64,000 bases of DNA, from the NCBI RefSeq assembly GCF_947259545.1, contig NZ_CAMYMK010000003.1, positions 57,469-121,468 of the forward strand, written 5' to 3'. The position numbers were made by a program, and so were the translations under genes. This DNA is from an uncultured Marinobacter sp. Its GTDB lineage: Bacteria; Pseudomonadota; Gammaproteobacteria; Pseudomonadales; Oleiphilaceae. How positions within the stretch are numbered: position 1 is the stretch's first letter; each line of letters starts with the position of its first letter. Below, in pieces: positions 10,552 through 20,256 of the stretch. The notes under the pieces are model-generated. The model worked only from the letters and a program-made list of their open reading frames with translations, had not been told where the DNA came from and ran no database searches.

Positions 10552-11178
10552 ATGCTTGAGACGTTTTTCTCCACCTACATCAGCAGTACCATTCGTTTTC
10601 TGTTCCTGCTGGCGCCGTTCTTTGTGGTCACCATGTTCCTGGCGCTGACGCGGGGCCTGCCGGTGGCGGAAAAGAGCTCCATCATCCGTCGCTCCACGAT
10701 GTCGGCGCTGATTCTGGGGCTGATCCTGTTCTTTGCAGGGCCGCTGTTGTTCAACGCCATTGGCATCACCCTCAACTCGTTTCGCATCGGCGCCGGCAGC
10801 CTGCTGTTCCTGACCGCGATCAGCCTGGTTACCAGTGGTACCCGTAATCACGCCACCGGTTTGCCGGAGGAAGACCGCGATGATATCGCAGTGGTGCCGC
10901 TGGCGATTCCGGTGATGATCGGACCGGCTACCATTGGTGCGATCATGGTGTATGGCGCGGAACTGAAGGCCGTGCCGGAGCTTGCGGGTGGCTTGTTGGG
11001 ACTGGTGTCAGGGTTGCTGATCCTGGCGATCCTGTTGCGCCTGTCCGGTTATCTGGAGCGGGTGCTGGGCAAAACCGGCCTGAACATCCTGTCAAAAATC
11101 AGCGGCCTGATCCTGTCCGCCATGGCGGCCGAAATTGTACTCACGGGGATTGCCGGGTTTATGGTGTCCATGGGCTGA
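10552..11178 (+). CDS. MarC family inner membrane protein
   Basis: Six hydrophobic segments; VVPLAIPVMIGPATI and SKISGLILSAMAAE motifs. Confidence 0.9.
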   Translation: MLETFFSTYISSTIRFLFLLAPFFVVTMFLALTRGLPVAEKSSIIRRSTMSALILGLILFFAGPLLFNAIGITLNSFRIGAGSLLFLTAISLVTSGTRNHATGLPEEDRDDIAVVPLAIPVMIGPATIGAIMVYGAELKAVPELAGGLLGLVSGLLILAILLRLSGYLERVLGKTGLNILSKISGLILSAMAAEIVLTGIAGFMVSMG

Positions 11179-11220
11179 AGGCTCATCGTTTAAACCAGAG
11201 CGGAGTGGTAGATTCAACGA

Positions 11221-11805
11221 ATGAGCGTAAATACCATTGAGTACAATCGTACCCGGCAGAATTTTGAAGGTGTGGATTCCGTCTGGCTGTTTGGCTACGG
11301 ATCGCTCATCTACAAGGTGGACTTTCCTTTCCTGGAGAAGCGGCCCGCGACCATTCGCGGTTGGGAGAGACGATTCTGGCAAGGCTCCCATGACCACCGT
11401 GGTACCCCGGAAGCCCCGGGACGGGTGGTGACTCTGATCGAGAACCGGGAAGCCCGTTGCAAGGGCATAGCCTACCGGGTGTCGCCCAGTGTGTTCGAGC
11501 ATCTGGATGTGCGGGAAAAGAACGGTTACCTGCGGCTGACCATCCAGCTCACCTTTGAAGATGGAAGTCACGCCGAGGGTCTGGTTTACATTGCCACGGA
11601 AGACAATGAGGCCTTTCTGGGCCACGCATCCGAGGAAGCCATCGCCCGACAGATTACTTCTGCCAGCGGACCAAGCGGGCCCAATTCCGAGTATTTGTTG
11701 CGGCTGGCGGAGTCGCTGAGAGTGCTGGGCGAGGAGTGCCCACATACCTTCGCCATTGAATCGCACATGCAATCTGCCCATAACGTGGACACGAAGGGCG
11801 GTTAA
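11221..11805 (+). CDS. chaC: Gamma-glutamylcyclotransferase, ChaC family
   Basis: WLFGYGSLIYK, RRFWQGSHDHRGTPEAPGRVVTL, LDVREKNGY, GPSGPNSEYL. Confidence 0.9.
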   Translation: MSVNTIEYNRTRQNFEGVDSVWLFGYGSLIYKVDFPFLEKRPATIRGWERRFWQGSHDHRGTPEAPGRVVTLIENREARCKGIAYRVSPSVFEHLDVREKNGYLRLTIQLTFEDGSHAEGLVYIATEDNEAFLGHASEEAIARQITSASGPSGPNSEYLLRLAESLRVLGEECPHTFAIESHMQSAHNVDTKGG

Positions 11806-11959
11806 AACGTCAATCAGGGGCGGTTTTTCGTAAAGGTTATGCAAAGCTGTCTCTCACCCACTGACATCCAACTCCCAATCGATATCCTGAACTCAGGGTG
11901 TGCTTCCGACGATTAGAGAAGCGCGTTATCCAGGAACTGACAAGATCGGGAGAAGAACC

Positions 11960-12337
11960 ATGAAACGATGGCTGATAAGTACCTGTATCGTTGGCTTGCT
12001 GATGGCCACCTCACCCGCCATGGCCGACCATGGACATGGCCTTCCGCCGGGTATCCAGAAGCAGATGGAGCGGGGCAAGGCGATGCCGCCGGGTCTGCAG
12101 AAGAAGTTCCTGTCTGCCAACTACCGGGAGCACAGAAAACACCACCACAAAGACCACGATTACAGGGACCGTTACAAGTACCGTGATCGCCGGGATTATC
12201 GCGGGGGCTACCACGACAGGTACCGTTCCGGGTACCGGGATAGTTATCAGGGATACGATGACCACATTCCGACCGAGCATCGGGTGGTCCGTATCATCCG
12301 TGATGCTCAGGTGCTGATCGATTCCAACCGCCGCTGA
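11960..12337 (+). CDS. Small secreted His/Arg/Asp/Tyr-rich protein with PPG(L/I)QK motifs
   Basis: Signal peptide ending AMA; GLPPGIQKQ...AMPPGLQKK; low-complexity YRDRY tract. Confidence 0.75.
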   Translation: MKRWLISTCIVGLLMATSPAMADHGHGLPPGIQKQMERGKAMPPGLQKKFLSANYREHRKHHHKDHDYRDRYKYRDRRDYRGGYHDRYRSGYRDSYQGYDDHIPTEHRVVRIIRDAQVLIDSNRR

Positions 12338-13209
12338 GTGGCCGGATTGAATCCCCTGGCCGGCGTCTTGCGCCGGTGCTTCAGGCCGATCAGTATCAGC
12401 GGCACCACAATCATGGAGCTGCCGGCCAGGAACCAAAGGTCTGGCACTTCACCAAACCAGATCCAGCCGATGCCCACGGCCCAGATCAGTCCGGTGTATT
12501 CGGCACTGGTGACCTGGTTGGCGTCCACCTGCCGGTAGGCCAGCAACACGGTGATGTTGTAGCCCAGTATGAACAGGGATGACCCCAGGGCGCTGGCGAG
12601 AATCGAGCTGTCCCAGCTGGCGCCCTCCCACAGTGCCAGGCCCCCTGCGGCTGGCACAATCAGCAGGTAGTTCAGGAACAGCTTGTGGACGGTGGACTGT
12701 TGTTTTGGCAACTGGCGGACCATGACGGCGTTGATGGCCAGTGCGAACGCCGACCCCAGCGCCGCAATGGCCGCCCAGTTGAATTCAACGGGCCGCAGGA
12801 TTACCACAATGCCGGTAAACCCGCTGAAGACGGCGAATACGCTCAGCGGCGTCAGCTTTTCCCTGAACAGGAAGACGGACAGTACCATCACCAGGATCGG
12901 CGCTGCATAGAAAATGGCATTGGCGGTGGCCAGCGGAAGGTTGCCCAGTGCAACGACCATGCACAGGATGCCGAACAGGTGGATATGGGCCCGCATGGCG
13001 TGAACCCCGACGCCGGCGAACAGGGCTTTTCGGTTCAGCTGGCCGGTCAGTGGCAGCAACAGCAGCAGGGTGATTACGCAGCGCAGGAAGGCAAACTGGA
13101 AGATGGGGGCGCCGGGTTCCATCAGTTTGATGAAGACGTCGGATATGATGGCCATGGCGTTGCCGATCACCAGCAACAGGATTGCGCTGTTTACGGTTTT
13201 GCCTGACAT
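12307..13209 (-). CDS. DMT/EamA family transporter
   Basis: Ten hydrophobic segments; LPLATANAIFYAAPIL, AEYTGLIWA; start MSGKTVNS at 13209. Confidence 0.9.
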   Translation of the reverse strand: MSGKTVNSAILLLVIGNAMAIISDVFIKLMEPGAPIFQFAFLRCVITLLLLLPLTGQLNRKALFAGVGVHAMRAHIHLFGILCMVVALGNLPLATANAIFYAAPILVMVLSVFLFREKLTPLSVFAVFSGFTGIVVILRPVEFNWAAIAALGSAFALAINAVMVRQLPKQQSTVHKLFLNYLLIVPAAGGLALWEGASWDSSILASALGSSLFILGYNITVLLAYRQVDANQVTSAEYTGLIWAVGIGWIWFGEVPDLWFLAGSSMIVVPLILIGLKHRRKTPARGFNPATQRRLESIST

Positions 13210-13252
13210 ACGACTCCCCTTGAATTCTTTGATATCCAACTTCGGTGCATTC

Positions 13253-13358
13253 GCCGGGCGGGTAGGCCTCTCCGAAACACGCCTCAAGACGTCCCTGTTC
13301 GGCTCGGGCTCCGCCATCCCTGGCTCCGCACGGTTTCGGAGAGGCCTACCCGCCCGGC
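13253..13358 (+). repeat. Variable-stem cloverleaf repeat, copy 3
   Basis: Perfect 26-bp arms GCCGGGCGGGTAGGCCTCTCCGAAAC; core ...GGGCTCCGCCATCCCTGGCTCCGCACG. Confidence 0.9.
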
Positions 13359-13443
13359 TCCCTGAATCTTGTGTTGGCATTCTATGCGTGTGCTAATATC
13401 CGATAAAATGATCTTTAATCAATGGGTATTAGAAAAATAGATA

Positions 13444-14403
13444 ATGAAGCTGCCACCGCTGAAATCCCTGCCCGTCTTTGAAGCGGTTGCCCGTCTGAAC
13501 AGTTTTTCGCTGGCGGCGGACGAGTTGGCGGTCAGCCAGAGTGCGATCAGTCACCAGATCAAACAGCTGGAAACCTACCTTGGTGAAAAGCTGTTCTGGC
13601 GCAGTGGCCGCACGCTGACGCTGACCGACGAAGGCCGCCAGTATCTGGATGGCATCAGTTCGGCCTTGTTGCAGATTGAGCGGGTAAGTGAGCAGTTACT
13701 GGGTCACGAGGAATCGCGGTTGAGGCTGTCGGTGTTCAGTTCGTTTGCCGTGCGCTGGCTGGTGCCGCGGTTGCCGGATCTGCAGCGGGAACATCCACAA
13801 CTGGATCTGTCGCTGGAGATGAGCAGCGAAAACCCGGTGTTGTCCGACCGGGTGGCGGATTGTTTCATTACCATCAAGCCGAGCTCAGCGGCTTTCAGCT
13901 ATGAGCTGTTGTACACCGAGCGGCTGTTTCCGGTTTGTAGCCAGGATTATTGGCAGCGTATCCGCCGGGAATTGGGGCGGGATTCGGAGATTGAGGGGCG
14001 TGATGAGCCGGCTTTGTCACCGGAGGAGGTGTCCCGATTTCCGCTCCTTTCCACCCACAGCATTTTTGACAAAGCTGCCGGTGACTGGGAAGCATGGTAC
14101 CGGGCGGTGTCTCAGAGAATTCCGGGCACGGCTCGTCTCCAACATTTCAGTCATATGTTGTTGGCCCTGGAGGCGGCACGTTTCCATCAGGGCATCGCGT
14201 TGACCAACGATTACATGCTGAGTACACGGAAGGATTCGGGGGATTTTGTTCGGTTGCCCTGCCACCCGGTGATGACCGGTGACAAGTTCTATTTCGCCTG
14301 GAAAACCAGCCGCCGCCGCGAAAAGGGGATTCAGTTGTTGCGGCGTTGGCTGGTGGGTGAGGCCATTCAAGGTGGTTTAAGAAGCGAGGATGAAGACACC
14401 TGA
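13444..14403 (+). CDS. LysR family regulator, GcvA-like
   Basis: MKLPPLKSLPVFEAVARLNSFSLAADELAVSQSAISHQIKQLE. Confidence 0.93.
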   Translation: MKLPPLKSLPVFEAVARLNSFSLAADELAVSQSAISHQIKQLETYLGEKLFWRSGRTLTLTDEGRQYLDGISSALLQIERVSEQLLGHEESRLRLSVFSSFAVRWLVPRLPDLQREHPQLDLSLEMSSENPVLSDRVADCFITIKPSSAAFSYELLYTERLFPVCSQDYWQRIRRELGRDSEIEGRDEPALSPEEVSRFPLLSTHSIFDKAAGDWEAWYRAVSQRIPGTARLQHFSHMLLALEAARFHQGIALTNDYMLSTRKDSGDFVRLPCHPVMTGDKFYFAWKTSRRREKGIQLLRRWLVGEAIQGGLRSEDEDT

Positions 14404-14481
14404 TCTTACAGGGCGCCACCTGGGGAAGAATGGGAAATTTCCCAGGTGGCGACGGATCCGCATGTCAGAATGGTTTCCTGA

Positions 14482-16989
14482 TCAGTCCTCTTCCTTGGGT
14501 GGCCGCTCGACGACCTTGCGTTTGCCTTTGGCGCAGCGTGCCAGGGCTTTCAGGCCCTCGCCCTCAAAGGCATCCACCCGGATTACGTCGTACAGTGCCT
14601 CAAGTGCCTCAAGCAGCTTGTCACACTCTTCCTCTTTGACAACGCCCTGCTCACAGGCCCAGTCCACCAGCTCCTTGCGTTCGTGGCCCATCAACAGAGC
14701 AATACCATCGACTTCATCTTCGTCCCGGTTGCGAATGGCCTGGTGCAGCCGATGGCGCATGTCGGCGGTTTCGTTGGCCAGGCGATAAGCGTTCAGTACC
14801 CGTCCCAGTGGATCTTCCGGATCGGTGTTGATGTAGGCGCCGCGGCTGACACGCTTGCGCACCGGAGTATCCTCCACGATGGTGTTGGCGACTGTGGCGC
14901 CGAGCTTGTCATCGGGGCCGTTCAGGCCGGTGGCGCCGAGCGGGAAGACTAGCAGTCGCAGTGGCCAGCGCAGTGCCGGCACCGGGAAGTTGATGATAGC
15001 TTCGCGCATGGAGTCCTGCAGGTCACGCAGGGAGGTTTTCAGACCCCATTCCACCAGTGGTCGCTGGTCGTCCGGGTAGCCTTCTTCGTGCCATTGTTTG
15101 ATCACCGCGGTGGCGTAATACAGGTGCACCAGGCAATCCGCCATGCGTCCGGACAGGCGTTGACGGGCTTTCAGGCCGCCACCGACGGTCAGCAGGGTGA
15201 CGTCGGTCATCAGGGCAAAGGCAGCGGAGAAACGGGCCAGCTGGCGGTAGCAGGGCTTGATATCGCCCTGGCGCGGCACCGGCTCCAACCAGCCGCGGGT
15301 CAATCCCAGTACAAGCGCCCGCAGGGCATTGCGGGTGGTGTGGGCGATGTGGCGGTAGAAGATACCATCGAACTTCTTCGCGGCCTTGTCTTCGTCCTCC
15401 ATGCCGGCGGCTTCAATCTCCTCCACGATGAAGGGATGACAGCGTATTGAGCCCTGGCCGAAGATCATCAGGCTGCGGGTAAGGATATTGGCGCCTTCCA
15501 CCGTGATACCAATGGGCACGGCCTGGTAGGCCCGCGCCAGGAAGTTGCGGGGTCCGGTAATCACACCACGGCCGGCAACCACGTCCATGGCGTGGTTGAT
15601 CACTTCCCGCATCAGATCGGTGTTGCGGTATTTCAGCACAGCCGATGGCACGGATGGGCGTACACCCCGGTCCAGCATGCCTGAGGTGAGCAGCCGTGCC
15701 GCGTCCATCATGTAGGTGTAGCCTGCAATGGGTTCCAGGGCCTCCTGTACCCCCTCAAACTGGCTGATGGAACGGCCAAACTGTTCCCGCGTCAGTGCGT
15801 AGGAGCCGGTCGCAAGGCTGGCGACCTTGCCGGCGCCGGTGCCCAGGGCCGGCAGGGAAATCGAGCGACCGATGGACAGGCATTCCAGCAGCATGGTCCA
15901 GCCCTTGCCGAGCATGTCCTGGCCGCCGATAACCTGTTCCATGGGAATGAATACCTCGTGGCCCCAGGTGGGCCCGTTCATGAACACTGTATTCATCGGC
16001 AGGTGGCGGGCGCCGGCGTTGACGCCCTCAGTCTCCCGGGGCACCAGCACGCAGGTGACACCGATGTCGTCCTGGCCACCCAGCAGTTTGTCCGGGTCAT
16101 AGACCTTGATGGCCAGGCCGATCAGTGTCGCCACCGGTGCCAGGGTTATGTAACGCTTGTTCCAGGTAACTTTCAGTCCCACTACTTCCTTGCCCTTCCA
16201 CTGTCCCTTGCAGACGATGCCCTTGTCGGGAATAGCGCCGGCGTCCGAGCCTGCCACGGGAGAGGTCAGTGCGAAACAGGGAATTTCCTCGCCACCGGCC
16301 AGTCGTGGCAGGTAATGGTGTTTCTGCTCGTCAGTGCCGTAATGCATCAGCAGTTCGCCGGGGCCCAGCGAGTTGGGCACCATCACTGTGACGGCAGTGG
16401 ATACGCTGCGGGTCGAAATCTTCATCACGATTTCGGAGTGGGCGGTATTGGAAAAGCCCAGCCCCCCATCTTCTTTCGGAATCACCAGCCCAAAGAAACC
16501 TTTCTCGCGAATGAACTTCCACACCTTATCCGGTAAGTCATAGTTTTCGTGAGTGATTTTCCAGTCGTCCAGCATGGCGCAGAGTTTTTCCACTGGGCCA
16601 TCCAGGAAAGCCTGCTCCTCACTGGTGAGGTGAGCGGGTTTGGCGTCCAGCAGCTTTGACCATTCCGGCTGACCGGAGAACAGTTCGCCGTCCCAATCCA
16701 CGGAACCGGATTTGAGTGCCTCGGCTTCGGTCTCCGAGAGCTGGGGCAGGCGGTTGCGAACCCAGCCCAGCAGGGGGCGGCTCAGCTTGTCGAGGCGTAG
16801 ATCACCGGGGAAGACCAGCAGCAGGGCCAGGGCGAGCAAACCGCCGCCAAACAGAATGCTGAGCAGGTGCCAGCCATCCTGAAATAAACCGACGACAGTG
16901 GCAATGATCATCACTGTCGCGGCGGTTTGGCCGCCAATGCCAAGATAAATCAGGACCAGTGCACTGATCAGAAGGAGCAGGACGCTCAT
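14482..16989 (-). CDS. fadE: FadE-type acyl-CoA dehydrogenase
   Basis: 835 aa; N-terminal TM segments, VMVPNSLGPGELL, CFALTSPVAGSDAG, ITVEGANILTR. Confidence 0.92.
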   Translation of the reverse strand: MSVLLLLISALVLIYLGIGGQTAATVMIIATVVGLFQDGWHLLSILFGGGLLALALLLVFPGDLRLDKLSRPLLGWVRNRLPQLSETEAEALKSGSVDWDGELFSGQPEWSKLLDAKPAHLTSEEQAFLDGPVEKLCAMLDDWKITHENYDLPDKVWKFIREKGFFGLVIPKEDGGLGFSNTAHSEIVMKISTRSVSTAVTVMVPNSLGPGELLMHYGTDEQKHHYLPRLAGGEEIPCFALTSPVAGSDAGAIPDKGIVCKGQWKGKEVVGLKVTWNKRYITLAPVATLIGLAIKVYDPDKLLGGQDDIGVTCVLVPRETEGVNAGARHLPMNTVFMNGPTWGHEVFIPMEQVIGGQDMLGKGWTMLLECLSIGRSISLPALGTGAGKVASLATGSYALTREQFGRSISQFEGVQEALEPIAGYTYMMDAARLLTSGMLDRGVRPSVPSAVLKYRNTDLMREVINHAMDVVAGRGVITGPRNFLARAYQAVPIGITVEGANILTRSLMIFGQGSIRCHPFIVEEIEAAGMEDEDKAAKKFDGIFYRHIAHTTRNALRALVLGLTRGWLEPVPRQGDIKPCYRQLARFSAAFALMTDVTLLTVGGGLKARQRLSGRMADCLVHLYYATAVIKQWHEEGYPDDQRPLVEWGLKTSLRDLQDSMREAIINFPVPALRWPLRLLVFPLGATGLNGPDDKLGATVANTIVEDTPVRKRVSRGAYINTDPEDPLGRVLNAYRLANETADMRHRLHQAIRNRDEDEVDGIALLMGHERKELVDWACEQGVVKEEECDKLLEALEALYDVIRVDAFEGEGLKALARCAKGKRKVVERPPKEED

Positions 16990-17016
16990 GGGCAGACCTC
17001 CGTATCACGAATGAAA

Positions 17017-17030
17017 TCAAACAGATTTGA
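17017..17030. promoter_or_regulatory. Possible PsrA-type operator upstream of fadE
   Basis: Imperfect palindrome TCAAACAGATTTGA resembling CAAAC-Nx-GTTTG. Confidence 0.35.
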
Positions 17031-17110
17031 GAAGTTATTACGAAGCTTCCTTTACCATCGATCAAAGACTGGGCAGTTGCAAGCAACAAACACGGATTAT
17101 GGCCTGAAGA

Positions 17111-17998
17111 TCATACGTAGCCGGCCGCAAAAACCAGCCCCAGTACAATGGGCATCACCACCAGACTGCCAAGGTTGCTGAGCAGGACCAGTGACGCCAC
17201 TTTGTGGGGCTCCTGCTGGTACTGCTCTGCCACCATGTAATTGAGAACCGCTGGCGGAAGGGCCGCGAACACCCACAGGGCGGCCACCTGCAGGCCCGGA
17301 AGGTCCAGTATGGCGATCATCGGCCAGGCGAGAATCAGCCCCGAGACCGGACAGGCAACGGCGCCCAGCATGCCCAGCTTCCAGTCGCTGAAGTCCACGT
17401 CCAGCATGCGCACGCCGAGGGTAAAGAGCATCAGCGGGATACACACACCGCCCAGCATGTTCAGGGTCTCCAGTAGCCATTCCGGCATCGGGACCCCGCC
17501 GATATTGACGGTCAGACCGGCAATGCTGGCAAAAACCACCGGCAGCCGCAGCCGCCTGATGATCGAGGTGTGCGGATCCAGCATGTAGAGGCCGACAGTA
17601 AAGTGCAGCAGCATTTCAACGACAAACAGCACGATGGCGGCGGGCAGGGCCGCCTCACCGAAGGCGAACACCAGCACCGGGATGCCCATGTTGCCGGAAT
17701 TGTTGAACATCATCGGCGGCAGGAAGGTTTTCAGGTCCAGCTTCAGAACCCGGGCGAGGGGGTAGAGGACAACGCCGGAGCCCAGCACCACGACCGTTGC
17801 CGCAAAGGCCAGGCTGGTGTATTCCTGCAGCGGTGCCTGCTGGTCTGCCAGTACCGCAAACACCAGCATGGGGACGAACAGCTCCATGTTCAGAGTGTTC
17901 AAACCCTGGATATCGGGTGTGCGATACCGGCCATACAGTGCGCCACACCCGGCAATCAGGAAAACCGGCAACATCGTGGACAGAATCTGACCAATCAT
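17111..17998 (-). CDS. AEC (auxin efflux carrier) family transporter
   Basis: FNNSGNMGIPV motif and LPPAVLNYMVAEQY; multiple TM segments. Confidence 0.9.
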   Translation of the reverse strand: MIGQILSTMLPVFLIAGCGALYGRYRTPDIQGLNTLNMELFVPMLVFAVLADQQAPLQEYTSLAFAATVVVLGSGVVLYPLARVLKLDLKTFLPPMMFNNSGNMGIPVLVFAFGEAALPAAIVLFVVEMLLHFTVGLYMLDPHTSIIRRLRLPVVFASIAGLTVNIGGVPMPEWLLETLNMLGGVCIPLMLFTLGVRMLDVDFSDWKLGMLGAVACPVSGLILAWPMIAILDLPGLQVAALWVFAALPPAVLNYMVAEQYQQEPHKVASLVLLSNLGSLVVMPIVLGLVFAAGYV

Positions 17999-18207
17999 TC
18001 GAAGGCTCCGACGGGTTCATGGGTCAGCTGAAGGACAATAAACCGTTAGGTTCGCAAGCGTTGGCCGTGTTCGGCAAGGAAAACCTGAGAATCTTCGACC
18101 AAAGCCCTAACAGAGCTGGCGCAAGGGCATGCCGGGTTGCGGCTTTCGATGTTCCTGCCACAGAATGAGGGCCATCAATCCTTGTACATCACCGACCGGA
18201 GCGCCAC

Positions 18208-19389
18208 GTGCCCATAGATTTCGACAAGCCCGTTATCCGCGAACAGACCTGTTCGGTAAAGTTTGACGCCCGCCGGGCGGTGTTTGGTAAAGAGGACGTC
18301 ATTCCGTTATGGGTTGCGGATATGGACTTCCCGGCACCGGAAGCCGTTACCCGGGCACTGGAAGTCCGCGCACGTCACCCTGTGTACGGCTATACGCTGT
18401 TCCCGGAGTCTCTGTATCAGTCCATGATCGACTGGTTCCGGGAGCGTCACGGCTGGTCCATTGAGCGCGACTGGATACTGATGGCGCCCGGGGTGGTGCC
18501 GTCGCTGCACGCAGCATGCCTTGCGTTTGCGGAACCTGGCGAGGGGGTCATCATCCAGTCGCCGGTGTATCCGCCGTTCTTCAGCTCCGTCAAACAGACT
18601 GGCCGGACGGTGATCGAGAACCCGCTGGTCTGTGTGGACGGCCATTACCAGATGAATCTGGATCACCTGGAGGAGTGTGCCGCCCGCGACAATGCCCGCC
18701 TGCTGGTGCTCTGCTCTCCCCATAATCCCGTTGGCCGCGTATGGACCGATGAGGAACTGCGTGGAGTTCTGGACATTGCCCGCAGGCACGGTCTGGTGGT
18801 GTTGTCCGATGAAATTCACTGCGACCTGGTGTACCCGGATAAACCGGTGCATCGGGTGCTCGCCCGACTGGCGGGGCCTGAGGATGCATTGGTCACCGCT
18901 GTCGCGCCAAGCAAGACCTTCAATATGCCGGGCCTGGGTCTGTCGGCGCTGGTGATTTCAGATGCAGCCCGCCGCCAGGCGATGAAAACCGTCTTCGATT
19001 CCCTTCACATGGGGCAGTGTAACCCGTTCAGTATCGCCGGATTCGAGGCGGGATATCGACACGGTGGCCCCTGGCTTGATGAACTAATGGCCTATCTTCA
19101 GCAGAACCGGGACTATGTCGCCGATTACCTGAAGCAGCGTTTGCCGGAGATCACCGTGTCGATACCTGAAGGCACTTATCTTTTGTGGTTGGATTGTCGG
19201 GAACTGACACTGGGTGATAAGGATCTGAAACAGTTTTTTGTGCGGGACGCCGGCATCGGGATGAATCCGGGCCTCACGTTCGGCGACTGTGGCAGCGGGT
19301 TTATGCGGATGAATATTGGCTGCCCCCGGGCGACTCTCGAGCAGGCGCTGGAGAAAATTGAGGCGGCGGTTGTCCGGCGTTTCCGCTAA
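18208..19389 (+). CDS. PLP-dependent C-S lyase, MalY/PatB family
   Basis: IPLWVADMDF, LCSPHNPVGRVW, SDEIHCDL, APSKTFN, EGTYLLWLD; GTG start. Confidence 0.93.
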   Translation: MPIDFDKPVIREQTCSVKFDARRAVFGKEDVIPLWVADMDFPAPEAVTRALEVRARHPVYGYTLFPESLYQSMIDWFRERHGWSIERDWILMAPGVVPSLHAACLAFAEPGEGVIIQSPVYPPFFSSVKQTGRTVIENPLVCVDGHYQMNLDHLEECAARDNARLLVLCSPHNPVGRVWTDEELRGVLDIARRHGLVVLSDEIHCDLVYPDKPVHRVLARLAGPEDALVTAVAPSKTFNMPGLGLSALVISDAARRQAMKTVFDSLHMGQCNPFSIAGFEAGYRHGGPWLDELMAYLQQNRDYVADYLKQRLPEITVSIPEGTYLLWLDCRELTLGDKDLKQFFVRDAGIGMNPGLTFGDCGSGFMRMNIGCPRATLEQALEKIEAAVVRRFR

Positions 19390-19415
19390 CGCTTATCCGG
19401 TGGCTTCTAATGGCG

Positions 19416-19432
19416 TGTCAGCTTTTTTTACG
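19416..19432 (+). promoter_or_regulatory. Enhancer-like site typical of PEP-CTERM gene promoters (putative PrsR-type site)
   Basis: TGTCAGCTTTTTTTACG about 65 bp upstream of a sigma54 box; matches my recollection of the consensus, not verified. Confidence 0.5.
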
Positions 19433-19497
19433 GACCTAACCGGAACCCATTTCAGGGAAGTATCCAGGTATCTGCTTTTACAGTGAAATACTGGTTC

Positions 19498-19513
19498 TGG
19501 CACTGCGGATGCT
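19498..19513 (+). promoter_or_regulatory. Sigma-54 (-24/-12) promoter
   Basis: TGGCACTGCGGATGCT with correctly spaced GG and GC. Confidence 0.7.
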
Positions 19514-19568
19514 TTTATCTCAGGGCATTACTCATAAATGGATTATGGGGAAACCCAGGGAGGCAAGT

Positions 19569-20186
19569 ATGCCGCGATATACACTGGTCACGTTGTTGGC
19601 CGCCGTATTGTTTTTCCCAACACTGGCGAGTTCGGGGCAGATTTCTGCGAGCTATCAGGTGAACCTCAATTCATCGGATCCAGGGCTGGTAGTAAATTTT
19701 TCGGACGTTGCCGATAACCCGTTCACGTTCGATCTGAACGAGGGTGATAGTGAATACTTCACGCTCTTCAAGATCTGGACCGAGGAAAGCACAGTCAATG
19801 AAGATGATCAGGTGTCGAAGCCGATCTCCGTCGACTTCAGCTTTACCTTGCCAGAGGTGATCGCCGGTACGGTGAATGGCGAGACTGTCGGTGTGAAAGA
19901 TGACCTGTTGGGTCTCTACCACGCCGGTGAGCTGACCTGGGATGGTCCTCTGGACCTGGTCTTTGGCGCCCTTGGGGATGGGCTTTTGCGGGTGACCCTG
20001 TTTGATGCTGTGTTCAATAAGGGTTATCTCTTTGGTCTGCACGATGGTGAGTACTACGGAGACAAGGTCAAGGCGAAAATCGAGCTGATCTCCGATGCTT
20101 CCCAGGTTCCCGAGCCGGGTACCCTGGCACTGCTTGGTCTGGGTCTGCTTGGCCTGGCTCTGCGTACCCGTCGCCGCAACAGTTGA
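19569..20186 (+). CDS. PEP-CTERM sorting domain protein
   Basis: Signal peptide, acidic beta-rich body, C-terminal VPEPGTLALLGLGLLGLALRTRRR. Confidence 0.93.
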   Translation: MPRYTLVTLLAAVLFFPTLASSGQISASYQVNLNSSDPGLVVNFSDVADNPFTFDLNEGDSEYFTLFKIWTEESTVNEDDQVSKPISVDFSFTLPEVIAGTVNGETVGVKDDLLGLYHAGELTWDGPLDLVFGALGDGLLRVTLFDAVFNKGYLFGLHDGEYYGDKVKAKIELISDASQVPEPGTLALLGLGLLGLALRTRRRNS

Positions 20187-20213
20187 GCGAAAGCATCTTC
20201 CAGATGTTCTGTC

Positions 20214-20250
20214 GGAACCCAGGAGAGGGAGCTCCTGGGTTCCGTCTTTT
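20214..20250 (+). terminator. Intrinsic terminator hairpin
   Basis: GGAACCCAGGAG/CTCCTGGGTTCC 12-bp stem followed by GTCTTTT, between convergent genes. Confidence 0.7.
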
Positions 20251-20256
20251 CATGTG

